This document shows, one piece after another, positions 1-14,654 of a stretch of DNA of 64,000 nt (its first letter is position 1; each line of letters opens with the position of its first letter). A model generated the notes under the pieces. The model was not told the origin of the DNA. It did not search any database and saw nothing but the letters and a program-made list of their open reading frames with translations. The position numbers and the translations under genes were made by a program. The DNA lies in the NCBI RefSeq assembly GCF_009914755.1, contig NC_060926.1; one strand, written 5' to 3'. Source of the DNA: the human T2T-CHM13v2.0 reference genome, Homo sapiens.

Positions 1-312
1 TTATACATTTTAAGGAGGCATGAGACGTCAATCAATATATGTAAGAAGTACATTGGTTCCACCCAGAAAGGTGGGGACAACTTGAAGCAGGGACAGGGCT
101 TCCAGGTCACAGGTAAATGAGAGACAAATGGTTGCATTCTTTTGAGTTTCTGATAGGCTTTTCTGAAGGAGGCAATCAGAATGTACATTTATCTCAGTGA
201 GCAGAGGGATGACTTTGAATAGAGTGGGAGGAAAGTTTTGTCCTGAGCAGTTTCCACCTTGACTTTTCCCTTTAGCTTAGTAATTTTGAGGCCCCAAGAT
301 TTTCCTTTCACA
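1..312 (-). mobile_element. ERV1 LTR, MER4A-like (5' part of the LTR; continues beyond window start)
   Basis: The reverse complement starts TGTGAAAGGAAAATCTTGGGGCCTCAAAATTACTAAGCTAAAGGGAAAAGTCAAG, matching the recalled MER4A/MER4A1 LTR start. Confidence 0.75.
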
Positions 313-329
313 AATACAAACCCTCCCTC

Positions 330-800
330 CAACCTCATTCCCCTGTAGCTATTGTTACTTCTTTCTTGATCCTCAAAGAACTGTCTATTCTCATCTCTGC
401 ATCCTCTCTGCTGCAAAAGGAATGACTCCTTAACTGTCAAACCCCAGGACTGTTCTCACTCAGGTCTTCCTGCTGCTTAAGACCAGGTTGGCAGTCCCTT
501 CCCAACCATCATTCCTCCCTCAGCCCTCCCACGTGTCTCCTTCTACCTCTCACTGCCTCTCTTGCTGCCTTTTCATCTTTCCTCCATTCATTGATGTTCA
601 CCGTGATTCTACCTTCTACTCTTCTTGTGCCTCTACACACTCTTCCTCCACAACTTAATCAACTCTTGTGATTTCTAATTACTATTTGCTGCTGACTCCC
701 AAATCTGAGTATCCCTTTTCAGCTCCATATTTCTTATTTCTGTGAGCCTACTGGACATTTCTGACTAGATCTCCTAAATAGCAGAGTTATTTTCCACAGC
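330..800 (+). mobile_element. Degraded L2-like fragment
   Basis: Pyrimidine-rich sequence with L2-type motifs (gctgactcccaaatctgagtatc...cctactggacattt). Boundaries approximate. Confidence 0.4.
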
Positions 801-1795
801 TGCTATTCCTTTGCATTTTCAATGAAGAGTGGAAAAGGGAAGGCTATATGATGAGGAAGGGTATGGGGGTCTCTGGGACCCCATCCAGCAGCCAGGGAAT
901 GTCCATATGGAAATAACTCTGGAGACGTGGGCTTCAGGACCATGCCAGCAGCGTGGTACATGTAACTGTGAGTCCACTGGTAAAGCCAGTGAGTACAGCA
1001 GCTATCTTTTCAGGCCCCTTCCTCAAGCCTCCACTTTGTATGGTTTGGATTTTATGAGTGGAGATATTGAGTAAAGGAGTACTTTAAGCTTTTCGGACTT
1101 CCTGCAGAGGCACAGGGTGGAGGCTGAGAAGTAGACTACACCCCAGTCTCTCAGTGTCATCCAACATCTGGACTGGAGTAGTGTAGAGAAAAAAGTCGCC
1201 ATGAGAACCACGGCTAGAGGTTATCTAGCTGGACAAGTGGTAGACCAAGTTCCCTGATTATTTTATCCCTTTCCAGACAAGCCTCCCTTCTACACACACA
1301 TACACCTTGGTCAGACATAAGGAAGCTTGGTGCTCCTGTTACATATTCCCTGCCCTTGCCTAAACCACAGAAATGTTCTTGAATCACCTCAAGGCTCAAA
1401 GACCCCTTCCATCTATCCCCAACATCGATCCTGGATTTTCTAGAGTTAATCGGATCTTTATCACTCCCTTTTCTTAAACTTCTTGAGAGTTTAAGCACTG
1501 CTCCCTCCCCTACACCCAATGCTTTCCTTCATTGTCCACACAAAGTAAAGCTTCTTAGCGTGCACCCAAGATCCTTCTGTTACTTGACTTTGTCTAACCT
1601 CTCAGCCTTTGCTCCCCCTATCTGACCACATGCGTCCTAGGCCCCAGCAGCTCTGAACTGCTTCCTGGGACAGGCTATGTGCTGTCAGCCTAATGAATCC
1701 CACCCAACTTGGCCTTCGAGGTTCCACCGCTAAGTGACTTCCCCTGAAGATTTGTCTTCCCTCTTCTTTTAAGAGCTGCTCTTTGTTTCCTAAAT

Positions 1796-1807
1796 ATTCT
1801 TTCTTTC

Positions 1808-1851
<44 letters not shown>

Positions 1852-2046
1852 TCCTTCTTTCTTTCTTTCTCTTTCTTTCTTTCTTTCCTTCCTTCCTTCC
1901 TTCTTTCTATCTTTCTTTCCTTCTTTCTTGAGACAAGAGTCTTGCTAAGTTACCCAGGCTGGTCTTCAACTCCTAGGCTCAAGCGATCCTCCTGCCCTGG
2001 CCTCCCAAAATGCTGGGATTACAGGTGTGAGTCACCGCAGCTGTCC
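1796..2046 (-). mobile_element. FLAM-type Alu monomer with (TTTC)n-expanded tail
   Basis: Monomer body at ~1929-2046, (TTTC)n/(TTCC)n tail at ~1796-1928, and a 12-bp TSD tgtttcctaaat at 1784-1795 and 2047-2058. Confidence 0.85.
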
Positions 2047-2334
2047 TGTTTCCTAAATGCTTTGATGGCATCTTTTGCAAACCTCACTTAACATCTACAT
2101 ATCACAATATACAGGAATGGACTGTTTGCTTGTCTACTGTCTCCCAAAAGGAAAGAACATTTGCCTCATCCATCTTTACCCTCAGCAAAATGCCAGGTGC
2201 AAAGGGGCTCCTGATAAACGTATATTGAAGAAAAAGAGGAGGCTGACAAGCAGGAAACATGAGGAAATTAGCATGATGGATACCATGCCTCAAAACCAAA
2301 GTGACAAATGACAAAGTCATTCTCTCACTATCTT

Positions 2335-2580
2335 GAGAGGCTCAGGCCAGGCTGCCTGGGTTCAAATACCAGCTGCACCACTTAACTAAACCTTGTAGAA
2401 GTTACTTAAATTTTTGGTGCTTTCTTGGTTCCACCCAGAAAGGTGGGGACAATTTCCTCAACTTTAAAAAGGAAATAATGGTACCTACCACATAGGATCA
2501 TTTTGAGAACTAAAAAGGCATTTAAAGGGCTTGACACAGTGTCTAGGACAAGATAAGCCCTTAATAAATATTATCTGCTG
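2335..2580 (+). mobile_element. MIR SINE interrupted by a 26-28 nt insertion
   Basis: ctgggttcaaataccagct...aagttacttaa...tttcctca...aataatggtacctacc matches the MIR core. Confidence 0.75.
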
Positions 2581-3951
2581 CTGTTATAATGATTAGCTAT
2601 CCATCACCCAGCACAGCTTATTTAACTGGTTTCTATTAAATAAAATAAAAGTAATTATTGTAGTAAAGTTGCATAAAATACTGAAATGAACCTTTGTCAT
2701 TCTTTTGGCCGCCTAGCTCAAAATGCACTTCCTGAGTTTGGGTAATTCCTCACCTTATGAGTCTGTCTAGGTTACCTCTCACTAAGAAGCCACCATCATC
2801 ATAATCATCATCATCATCAACACAACAACAAAAGCCAGACACAGGCTGTTCAGGACTCCCTTGCAGCAGGACTTGTAGCATATGATTCAGGTTTGACGAG
2901 TCAGACACACCCAAACCAGGTCTAGCAACAGGAGCTAGTAATGCCAAGCAGCAGTGATGGGAAAACTGCAGCACAACTATGCCCACTTTCCCATATGCAG
3001 TGGTGGTCCCAGTGGTCCCAGCAGCAGTGGTGGTCCCAGTGGCGGCATCTAGTGCCACTGTTGGCTGTACAAGATCAGCTGCATCCTCAAAGGGCTATTT
3101 TTGGTAGCATGACCATGGCTAGGTGCTCGTCTGCTGCCAAGCTCCCCTTATTTTCCAAGCCTGTATCTCTATCCTACCCAGAAATGCTTTAACCCACCCA
3201 ATATTCTTTTCTGCTTCTATCAGCCTGGGTTAATTTTCCTTGGTGCAATTCATCCTGCCAGACTGGTACAGATGATCAGGTCAGATGGTTTCATAAGATG
3301 TAAGTACACTCCTTCTACTTTGTTTTATTGCTTTATTGATTTGCAGTGTTCTTTACTTGGCTCCTGCTCAGGGACTGTTCTTGGATGATTTTTGTTTTAG
3401 TAATGCCGATATGTTAAAGAGGGTTTTTCTGGTTTTTGTTTTATGGCAATTACACTTTCTCTCTTTCCTTTCCTTCCCATCCCTTTTTTGGTGTGAGTGA
3501 TTGTGTCTTAGGACAATCAAATTTTAATTGACTGGAATCTATGCTTAGGTAGAGAAAATCAGGCAACTAACAAGTATAAGAATAAAGGAAAACAGATGGA
3601 GAGGAACAAAATCAGTGCCCAGTGCAGGAGAGTATCACAACAGGTCTGTGAGCTCATTTAATGTAACTAGTTTCTTTTACAGATAAAATACTTGAAACAA
3701 GGAACACACAGCTAATGGCTCAGCCACAACTATAATAACTGCATCTCCAGACTTCTCATCCAGGGCTCCTGCCTCTATCCATTATACCAAGAGGCAAAAG
3801 GCAAATAACTAAAAAGCAAGCTGAGATCACGTTAAATTTAACCCGACTAATTATACTTTTAGGTTTATGGTTGTATATGATACTAATTTACATTTTCAAG
3901 AGGTTTTACAATTTACAAAGCAGTTAAATCCTTTCAACTGCTCTGAGATAA

Positions 3952-4266
<315 letters not shown>

Positions 4267-5469
4267 TAGCACTTTTTTTTTTAAAGAGGTCTTGGTATTC
4301 ATGTCTTGATAAATGTTTTAGCATCTCTTCTACCTCTGATTTTCCTGTCTCCCTTTTCTATTTGTTTTGGTTTTGAAGCTGTAACTACAAAATGTGTCCA
4401 TTGGGAAGAGAGCAATATTAATGTATTTGAACAAAAGGGCCCATTGATTGAAACCATCATAAAAATATATGGGATGCTGTTTAACTCCATTTTACAAATA
4501 AGGAAACAGAAGCCCAGAGAGATTAAGTAGTTTGGCCAAGATTAAATAACCATTAAATGGCACAGTCACTACAAGGTTCATTTAAAAAAACATATAACAT
4601 ACATTGAGCATTTAATGTGTCAGGCTGGGTAAACAAGATATAGTGCTAGTTAACTCCTAGGTAAGCATAAATTTCTATAACCAGTATATTACTTTGTAAA
4701 CCACTGTCTTCTGGAATTTTAGCAGCTGGACAATCAGTAAATACTTTTCTACTTACACAAGATTTATGTAACCAGATCTGTTTGGAGACTGATCGTGATT
4801 TATATTAGACTAAAAGATCTTAACTCAAAAGCATGTTTTGCATCATTTGTCTAGATTCTTTAAAGTAAAAATGGAAAGCTGTAATTCTCAAATGTCTTCG
4901 AATGAACAAAAAATTGACAAGAATATGAAGCTGACTGCATTACTGTATCATCAATTATTGGAACCTTGATTTAACAAGCTATTTTCATTTTCAGTCCAAT
5001 GGCATACAAAGAGGAAATTTTATTCTTTGTAGTTTCTCCAAATTCTTTGTAAAAATTATGAAAGTAATTTGCGAAAAATAAGCGAATTGACATGGAATAT
5101 AAGGTGAATAATACATTTTTAAAATGTAGTTGTGTATAATGGAAAACGTCATTCTTGTATATTCAGCTAAAACAGACCATTAGTGCAAGACCTAAATATT
5201 AATGAGATCCGGGGTTTGCAACGAAATGTCATTGCTGCTTTTCCCCCAGAAAGTTAAAAGAAAAACGGGGAGAGCTTTTAAGTGAAAACTAAATGTGCTG
5301 GCGTCACACTTGGAAATGCAAGGATGCAGAAGAAATGGTAAGATGTGGGTGGGTAGTATCCCAGTAAACAACATAAACCTTCTAACAGACTTGAGGTGGC
5401 TGTCAAGCCTTTCAGACATGTGATTGATAATGAATGTCAGAGGAGAGTTTCCTTTTCCATCAACGCTTC

Positions 5470-6000
5470 AGGAGACAGCGGACCGCCACCAACACAGGGC
5501 GGAAGAGCACCCCTGTCACGCAGACTGTGCCGCCCCCGGCTCGCCTGGGCACGCCCCTTCCTGCCCTAGCAGCGGCGTCCCGCCCTTTCCGCCTTTCACT
5601 TCCTAGTAACCGCCCTCCCTTGCTCCATCTTCGCAGGACCCGATTGGCTGATGGGGCAACCGCCAACGGCTGTGGCGTTTAAACCCAAGCCGCAGCCGCT
5701 GCTGCTCGCCGAGCTCCCGGAGCTGGGTGGGGGTGCCCCACGCTGAAAGAGAGGTAAGTTAGTGGCCTGCGGCAGTTGACGTGACCGCCCTCTCCCTGTC
5801 GGGATCGGTGTCGTTCTTGAGTCGGTTCTCTAGGCGCTGTCCGCCTCGGTCTCCGGCTCGTCTTCCGCCCTCTGTCCTCCGGGATCCGGGACGGCGGCCC
5901 CTCTCCGGCTACGAGGGGTTCGTTGACGGAGTCCTGTTTTGGCTTTGAGTCGCTGCCTCTTGTTTCTGAGATTTGAGCGTCCGGCAGGGCGAGCGGGGAG
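5470..6000 (+). promoter_or_regulatory. SGO2: CpG island / SGO2 promoter
   Basis: The only extended non-Alu CpG-dense region. It has GC boxes, an inverted CCAAT (ATTGG 5643-5647), MYB-type sites (CAACGG 5664-5669, CAGTTG 5773-5778) and a CHR-type TTTAAA (5678-5683). Confidence 0.9.
5690..5753 (+). other. SGO2: SGO2 exon 1 (non-coding; start approximate)
   Basis: Consensus donor GAG|GTAAGT at 5753/5754 inside the CpG island. The TSS cannot be fixed from sequence alone. Confidence 0.75.
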
Positions 6001-7159
6001 AGCCACCAGTTAGGTCAGCTACTTAAGGGAAGATATTTCTGTCTCTGGGACTGCTCTACTCCCTTGAACAGTTTCTAGGGCATTGTGAGCGCTCAGTACG
6101 TGTCTGCGGAATGAATGTTAGGGACTGCGTGCCAAAGTTCTCGAAGGAGCCCTCTCGTTTGGAGAGGCTGGCTGAAGGCGAAGGGGTGATGGAAGACTAG
6201 GGAGAACTTGGAACTTAGAACTTGAGCTGCTTGATGTACAGGTAGGATTTCAGTAGAGAATAGGGACAATGATTTTTTAGATGAGGTATCCAATTCAGGA
6301 GAATTGGATGTGGAACTGAGTATTTCGTATTTAGAGATAGTCGAGATGCTGGCCGGACAAGTGTCACAGAGTGCTGGTATTGAGTGCTGATAGTTTACCA
6401 GGTCCCGTACTAGACACTGTACATACATTGGCTCATTTAGTCCCTACAAGGAGATGCCCTTATTTTTTATGGTTTTATAAATCTGGAAATTGAGACGAAG
6501 AGGTGTTGAGATCACATAGCTATGAAACGTTGGAACTGGAGCTCCAACACAGTTGTAATCACTATCATAATGTCTCAGTGTCTATATGGTAAATCACCCT
6601 GGAACAGTACCCCAAATGCCTGGTTCTGGCTCCTAAAGTTTCCCTTGGTGAGGTCATTGATGTAGGGGGTTGCAGGGCAGTGTCAAGGAACACTCCCAGA
6701 TTTCTGGCATGAGGATTTGAATAGGCGATTGACAGTGTCGTTTATTAAATTAAGGAATTGTGTCAGAACCAGCTTATTGGGGAGGGCAGTCCAGCTGTGG
6801 TTTCCTAATTAGTAAAGTGAGATTTGATATTCCAGACTGGATTTTTTGGGAGATGAACTAGATTTCTATGTTAGGATCCCTTTCAGGTGTGTGAGATGCA
6901 ACAGTTTGTGGGGAGTTTCTGTGTTCTACTGTCTTTGAGATAGATAGTGATCTTTGATTTTAAAGTTTCTTCCTGGCAAAACGTTTAAAAGAACTGTTGA
7001 GCCTTAATCTTGAAAGGTTTCTGGTTCAACTTATTCCCCATTGCAGAAATTTCTTCTAAAACCATCTTTCCGTTATTTGCTTGACACCTCCCAACATCTG
7101 CTTAACACTTTCAAAGGAGACCCATTCCAAGAGTGGGCGGTTTTTCTATTGGAAAGTTC

Positions 7160-8680
7160 TTCCATTCATTCATAGTCACTTCTTCCACAAATGTTTATCC
7201 AGCAGCTGCTATGTGGCAGGCACATTTCTGTACTAAGGTACAGAAGCAAACAAATTTGACAAAAGTTTATGCCCTCATTGAACTTACAATTTAGTAGGAG
7301 AAAACAGATAATAAGTTAACTATTTAATTTTATCTTAGACATTGATAAGTTAACGGAGAAAAATAAAACAGAAGGGGAGAATGGGGGTAAGTGTGCAGTT
7401 TTTAAGTAGTTTGGACTGGGAAGGCTCACTAAGAAAGTGACATTTTGGCAAATGCTCGAAGGAAGTGAGCAAGCCCTGTGGTCATTTGAAGGAAGAGTTG
7501 ATACAAAGGGAAGAAGGAATAAAAGTTTCTGCTTTAGAGCATGTCAAGGTAGGCAGTGTGGCCAGAGATTATTGAGCAAGAGAAAGATTAATGAAAAGGA
7601 TTAGAAAGGTTCACTGATGATTAATTGGGGAAGAGAAGTGTCAAATTGTATAGTACTTTCTAGGCCATTTTAAAGATTGAGTGAGATGGAAAGCTACTGG
7701 AGAGTTTTTTTTAACATGGGAGTAACATGAATTTACTTAAGCTTTAAAAGGATCATTGTGGTTGCTAGGTTAAGAATAGATAGTCGGGGAGAAAATGGAA
7801 GCAGGGACACCATTCACGTAGCTATAGCAAATAATGTACATGGGAGAGAATGGCAACTTGAATCAAAGTGGTAGCAGTAGAAATAGTGGTAAGTAGCCCA
7901 GGTGGATATATTGTGAAAGCTGGGTCAGCATAATTGATCATAGAATAGATGTGGGATATGAAAGGAACTTTCTGACCTGAGCAACTGAAAGAATGGAGTT
8001 GTCATTAAGTGAGCTAGGGAGGACATGGTGGAGTAGGTTGGGGTGGGGGGAGTTTAGGACATGTTAAATTTGAGATGTGTGTTAGAAATCCTAGTTGGAG
8101 ATGAGTAGTAGGCAGTTGGATGAATAAATCTGGAGTTCAAGGGAAAAGTCTAGATTGGGAACACAAATTTGAGAGTTATCAGCATTTAGATTTAAAAGCC
8201 AGGATACTGGCTGATAGTCCAGGGAGTATATGTAAATATAAAAGAGATGAGATCCAAGGACTGAGATCTGGGGCACTCCAGTGGTAAGAGGTTAGGGAGA
8301 TGAAGAATAACCAGCAAGAGGGACTGAGAAGTGGTCAGCGAGGCAGGAGAAAATCCTGCCTCAGAACAAACAGAAGAATGTGCTATTTTGCAACCAAGTG
8401 AAGAGCGTATTTCAAAAGGAAGGAATGACTTGATATTAAATGCTTTTCACAGATCAAGTAAAAAGAGACTGGGCCTGACCACAGTATTTGATTTAACAAC
8501 ATAGTAATTCAGTGACCTTAATGAACAGTTCCCATATAGTAGTGGTGAGAGCAGAAATTTCATTGTAGTGGATCAAGAGAGACTGGGAGGAGATAAATTG
8601 GAGACATCAAGTATAGACAACTCTCTAAAGGAGTTTTGCTGTGAAGGGAAGCAGGGAAATCAGGTCATAGCATTCCAGCA
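7160..8680 (-). mobile_element. L2 LINE fragment(s)
   Basis: Begins ccattcattcat (L2 3' end, reverse), followed by purine-rich L2 motifs (gagcaactgaaagaatggagttg; tttgagagttatcagcat). Boundaries approximate. Confidence 0.65.
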
Positions 8681-8799
8681 TCAAGGGACCACTTGTATTT
8701 TCTTAAATGTTTCATTTTCATGCATTTACACATGCCATTCTTTCTTCCTGGAATGCCCTTCCTAATCTTGATGCCTGACAAGTTCTTAGTTTCTAAGAC

Positions 8800-10900
<2,101 letters not shown>

Positions 10901-11128
10901 GAATGGTCTGCAGACATGAATGTGTTGTAGCCTCTAGAAGGGGTGTGGGAGGGAAAACAGCACCTGCCTGACAGGACTGCAGGAGAATCTGTGTCCTCAG
11001 GGGAGAGGGTGGTTCAAGAAGATGAAGGGAACATTCAGAGAAGAGATTGAGGCTGTAGAGGTTTGGTTGATGATGGAATGTGAGTTCTAGAGGACCTCAT
11101 GAGTCTGGCAAGGGTAAGATAGGCAGGC

Positions 11129-11550
11129 TGTATTCATTTCCTTTGGCTGCTGTAACAAATTATCATAAATGAGGTGCTTAAAACAACTGAAATGTATTTC
11201 CCCACAGTTCTGGAGGCCAGAAGTCTAAATTCAGTTATCACTGGTTTTCCCACCTCAAGGTGTATTCCCAGCTGCACTCTCTCTGGAGGCTCTTCAGGAG
11301 AATCTGTTCCTTGCTTTGTCAATTCCTGATGGCTGCTGGCAGTCCTTGGCATGTGGCTGCATCACTCCTGTCTCTGCTGTCTCTTGTAAGGACTCTTGTG
11401 ATAGTATTTAGTCCTGCCTGGATAATCCAGGATAATCTCCCCATTACAAGATCCTCAATTTATTCATATCTTCAAAGGCCCTTTTTCCACATGAGGTTTA
11501 GAATTAAAGGGATCTAATAACTTTGGGGGACCATTTTCCAGCTTACCACA
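11129..11550 (-). mobile_element. MaLR LTR (MLT1-type)
   Basis: tgtattcatttcctttggctgctgtaacaaattatc...cacagttctggaggccagaagtctaaa...cttaccaca, with TG...CA termini. Confidence 0.75.
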
Positions 11551-12458
11551 GGACCAGATGAGGAATGTGTAGCACTTAGGGGATTCGAGTGAGGGGAATG
11601 AACGTGACCCAGGAGTTGAGGGATTCTTGCCATGATTGATAAAGTGAGCTGAGTCCTGGATTGACATAGTGAGCTGAGTCCTGTGGACTCAAGGCAGGTA
11701 GTGGTGGGGAGGCTGAGTATTGAGGGTTAGGCAGGTGCAGGTGACAGAGTTTTTTGTTTTTTTTTTGTTTTTTTTTTGTTTTCAGATCTCTTCAGATGGA
11801 GGCAAGGAGGCTTGGGAAGGAAATGGAGGCATGGGGAGGTTGGTCTTACATGGCTCAACATCAACTGCTGCTTCTCAGTGAAGCTATTTCTGATCCTTTT
11901 CCTCTGCCCAGTCACAGTTAATCGCTTCTCCTCTGCATTGTGTATTGTAGCCATTACTCTTGTAATACTATAATGTAATGATTTCTTTATCTTCCTGTTT
12001 CCATAATAGGCCATAAATCTAATAGACAAATTTAAGATTTCCTATTTCTCCAACCCCCTTCCCCACCTTGGATTGGGTATATCTCTTCTGTACTTCCTTT
12101 AAACTCTGTGTATATCTCTAAGGTTATACTTCTTACATTGTATGAAAACACTGTCTGTACCCGCATTGTACCATGCATTCCATGAGGGCAGAGACCATAT
12201 CCTGTCATCTTTCCCCTGCACCTGGTACATAGATGATTAATGTAGGCTTAAATGAAAAAAATAATCATTTACCTTTTTGGATTATACCTTAAGCCACTTT
12301 TGATTACATTCATACTTTCAGATTTTATATAAAGTTTAGCAAATACTTAATGCACAAAGTATATTAAGTCATGATTGTTACTTTTTAAAATGTATTTATC
12401 AGTTATCCTTTTTCTTTTATTAATCAATACTATGATTTTTTTTTCTTTCACTTCAGTG

Positions 12459-12591
12459 ATGGAGTGCCCAGTGATGGAAACTGACTCACTTTTTACCTCA
12501 GGAATTAAGAGACATTTGAAAGACAAAAGAATTTCAAAGACTACTAAGTTGAATGTTTCTCTTGCTTCAAAAATAAAAACAAAAATACTAA
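12459..12591 (+). CDS. SGO2: Shugoshin 2, exon 2 (exon starts 12457; aa 1-44)
   Basis: Acceptor ttcag| at 12456, ATG at 12459, MECPVMETDSLFTSGIKRHLKDKRISKTTKLNVSLASKIKTKIL, donor A|GTAAGT. Confidence 0.96.
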
Positions 12592-12971
12592 GTAAGTGCC
12601 ATCAGTTTTAAAATACACTCACGTTTTAACTTTTCCCCAGAATTGTTATATATTTGCTACCTTATTTTATCAAGTACAGAAAATTACTAAAATGACCATT
12701 TTGTTAACTGATAACTTTTTAAATTTGATCCTTCCTATCTCCTTCAACTCCTGTTAGTTGGGTGGTTTTGATGATTTACCCTAAGTGTGACACAGTTGAA
12801 TTTTCAGCAGTGAGGCTGCAGTGACCCAAGACAGCTACTTTCTACAGCGCAGAAAAAAACTACCAACATGACTTTTCTGGAACAGATGTAGTAAGAGTAG
12901 CAGGTTGTTCTGGCATGTTGTGGCAACTGGATGATGGGTAGCCTTGAGGAGGTGGGCTCACACTGGGTGCT

Positions 12972-12996
12972 TATATATACGTGTGTATATATATAA

Positions 12997-13034
<38 letters not shown>

Positions 13035-13037
13035 CAT
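12972..13037. repeat. (TA)n/(TG)n microsatellite
   Basis: Direct reading; about 15 TG units. Confidence 0.9.
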
Positions 13038-14478
13038 GTGACTTTATATAGGCAATCTTATGAAGACACTGAGCACTTTGGAAATGGAATTTCATGAATT
13101 CTGGAGTTAAGGCATCAGAAGGGCAAAAAAAAAAGGAGGTGGGAAAACTCCCCAAGATAAATTTTCATTACTTCTGAAAATTATCTCAGTGTTCATACCC
13201 ATCTTAGCAGGAGTTGGGGAGGTATCCTTTTAGTCACATTATCTGCTGATATAGCTCCTGCGAAGGACAATCACGTGTGCCTTCTAAAACAACCCAGCCT
13301 CCTGGGTGCCTGTAAATCATGATGCAGCTCCCACCTAGGTCTCTAGGGCCACTCCTTACACTGGCTCTTGCTTACTCCCTTTGGCAAGACTATTCCACAC
13401 CCCCTGTTATGAAGGAATATGCTGACTTTGAGGAGTACAACAGGAAAATGTTATTACTCTTTATCTTCTGGAAATCCTAAGCTTGTTGTAGTCAGTTTCC
13501 ATTTGCTATGCCAAGAATGGCTATCCAAAACTACTCTCTCTGTGCCAAAGGTAAAGTACTGTTTTGGACTCTGTTTTGCAGAATCCCAAGTTTTCCCTGA
13601 GTACTTATAAAATGTTATTAAATTTTATAAAACTTATTTCACATACACTAGACTTTTATTCAGTGGCATATGTTATTGAATAGTGAAATGTAAGTTAAAA
13701 TTATGAAAATATAATGATATTTTAAATGTACTAAGGGAACACACTATATTTATGGTAAGCTTTACCAGGGAATTCACAATGAAATTTCTTTGCTTCCAAC
13801 AGAAAAGCAATTTCAGGCGTGATTTAAATCATATTTACATAGTGCTTTTAAAGAGGAGTCGAGTTTAGATTGCAGTAGATGCCTAGAAATAAGAGGTAGA
13901 ATCTTTTAGATGGCAGTAAAAGGTCCCGTGGGGTTTAGATTATCTATCTAACATTAGAGAAAGTATGGCTCTATCACTCAAAGTTTAAAAATGGGCGTTG
14001 GGAGTATTAAGTAATTTGTTCAGTTCTGGAGCTGTAGAAGCTGGCTTTAGAATTTTCCCAGATTGGCTACCCTCATTCCTATGGGACATTTCCAGTTAGA
14101 GCTGCAGAATCAGTTTCTCCATTCTGTCTGCTAGTCAAAGGTAGGAAATTAGGTAGAGCAGCAAGTATCAAGATTTAATTTTTGTGACTGATCTAATTAT
14201 GTAGAATGCTATGTCTGTGCTGCAGTCCTCTTACTCCTTTTTTATACATATTCTGCATTCCTCACAACTCTTGAATTCTTCATCTTCTGTCTAGCTTTCA
14301 TTTCCTCACCTCTAAACTCTGGGTTTATTTTTCTCAAAACTACATCTGTATTGTTATTCCCTTTTCTAATCTTCAGTTAAAACTTGTGAAATGCATTTTG
14401 TCTATGTTTTACTAAGGAATATAAAAATTTCTTAAGGTATAAGCTGAATATTAACTCATTTTAAAAATCTTTTTACAG

Positions 14479-14654
14479 ATAATTCTTCTATTTTCAAAAT
14501 ATCTTTAAAGCACAACAACAGGGCATTAGCTCAGGCTCTTAGTAGAGAAAAAGAGAATTCTCGAAGAATTACAACTGAAAAGATGCTATTGCAAAAAGAA
14601 GTAGAGAAACTGAATTTTGAGAACACATTTCTTCGCCTAAAGCTAAATAACTTG
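14479..14654 (+). CDS. SGO2: SGO2 exon 3 (N-terminal coiled coil, includes N58; aa 45-103)
   Basis: ttttacag| ... NNSSIFKISLKHNNRALAQALSREKENSRR...LKLNNL |GTATGT. 176 nt, frame consistent with exon 2. Confidence 0.96.

Noticed and set aside
5424-6428. Short ORFs on both strands of the CpG island
   Set aside because: Expected from GC-rich, stop-poor sequence; no recognisable protein or splice structure.
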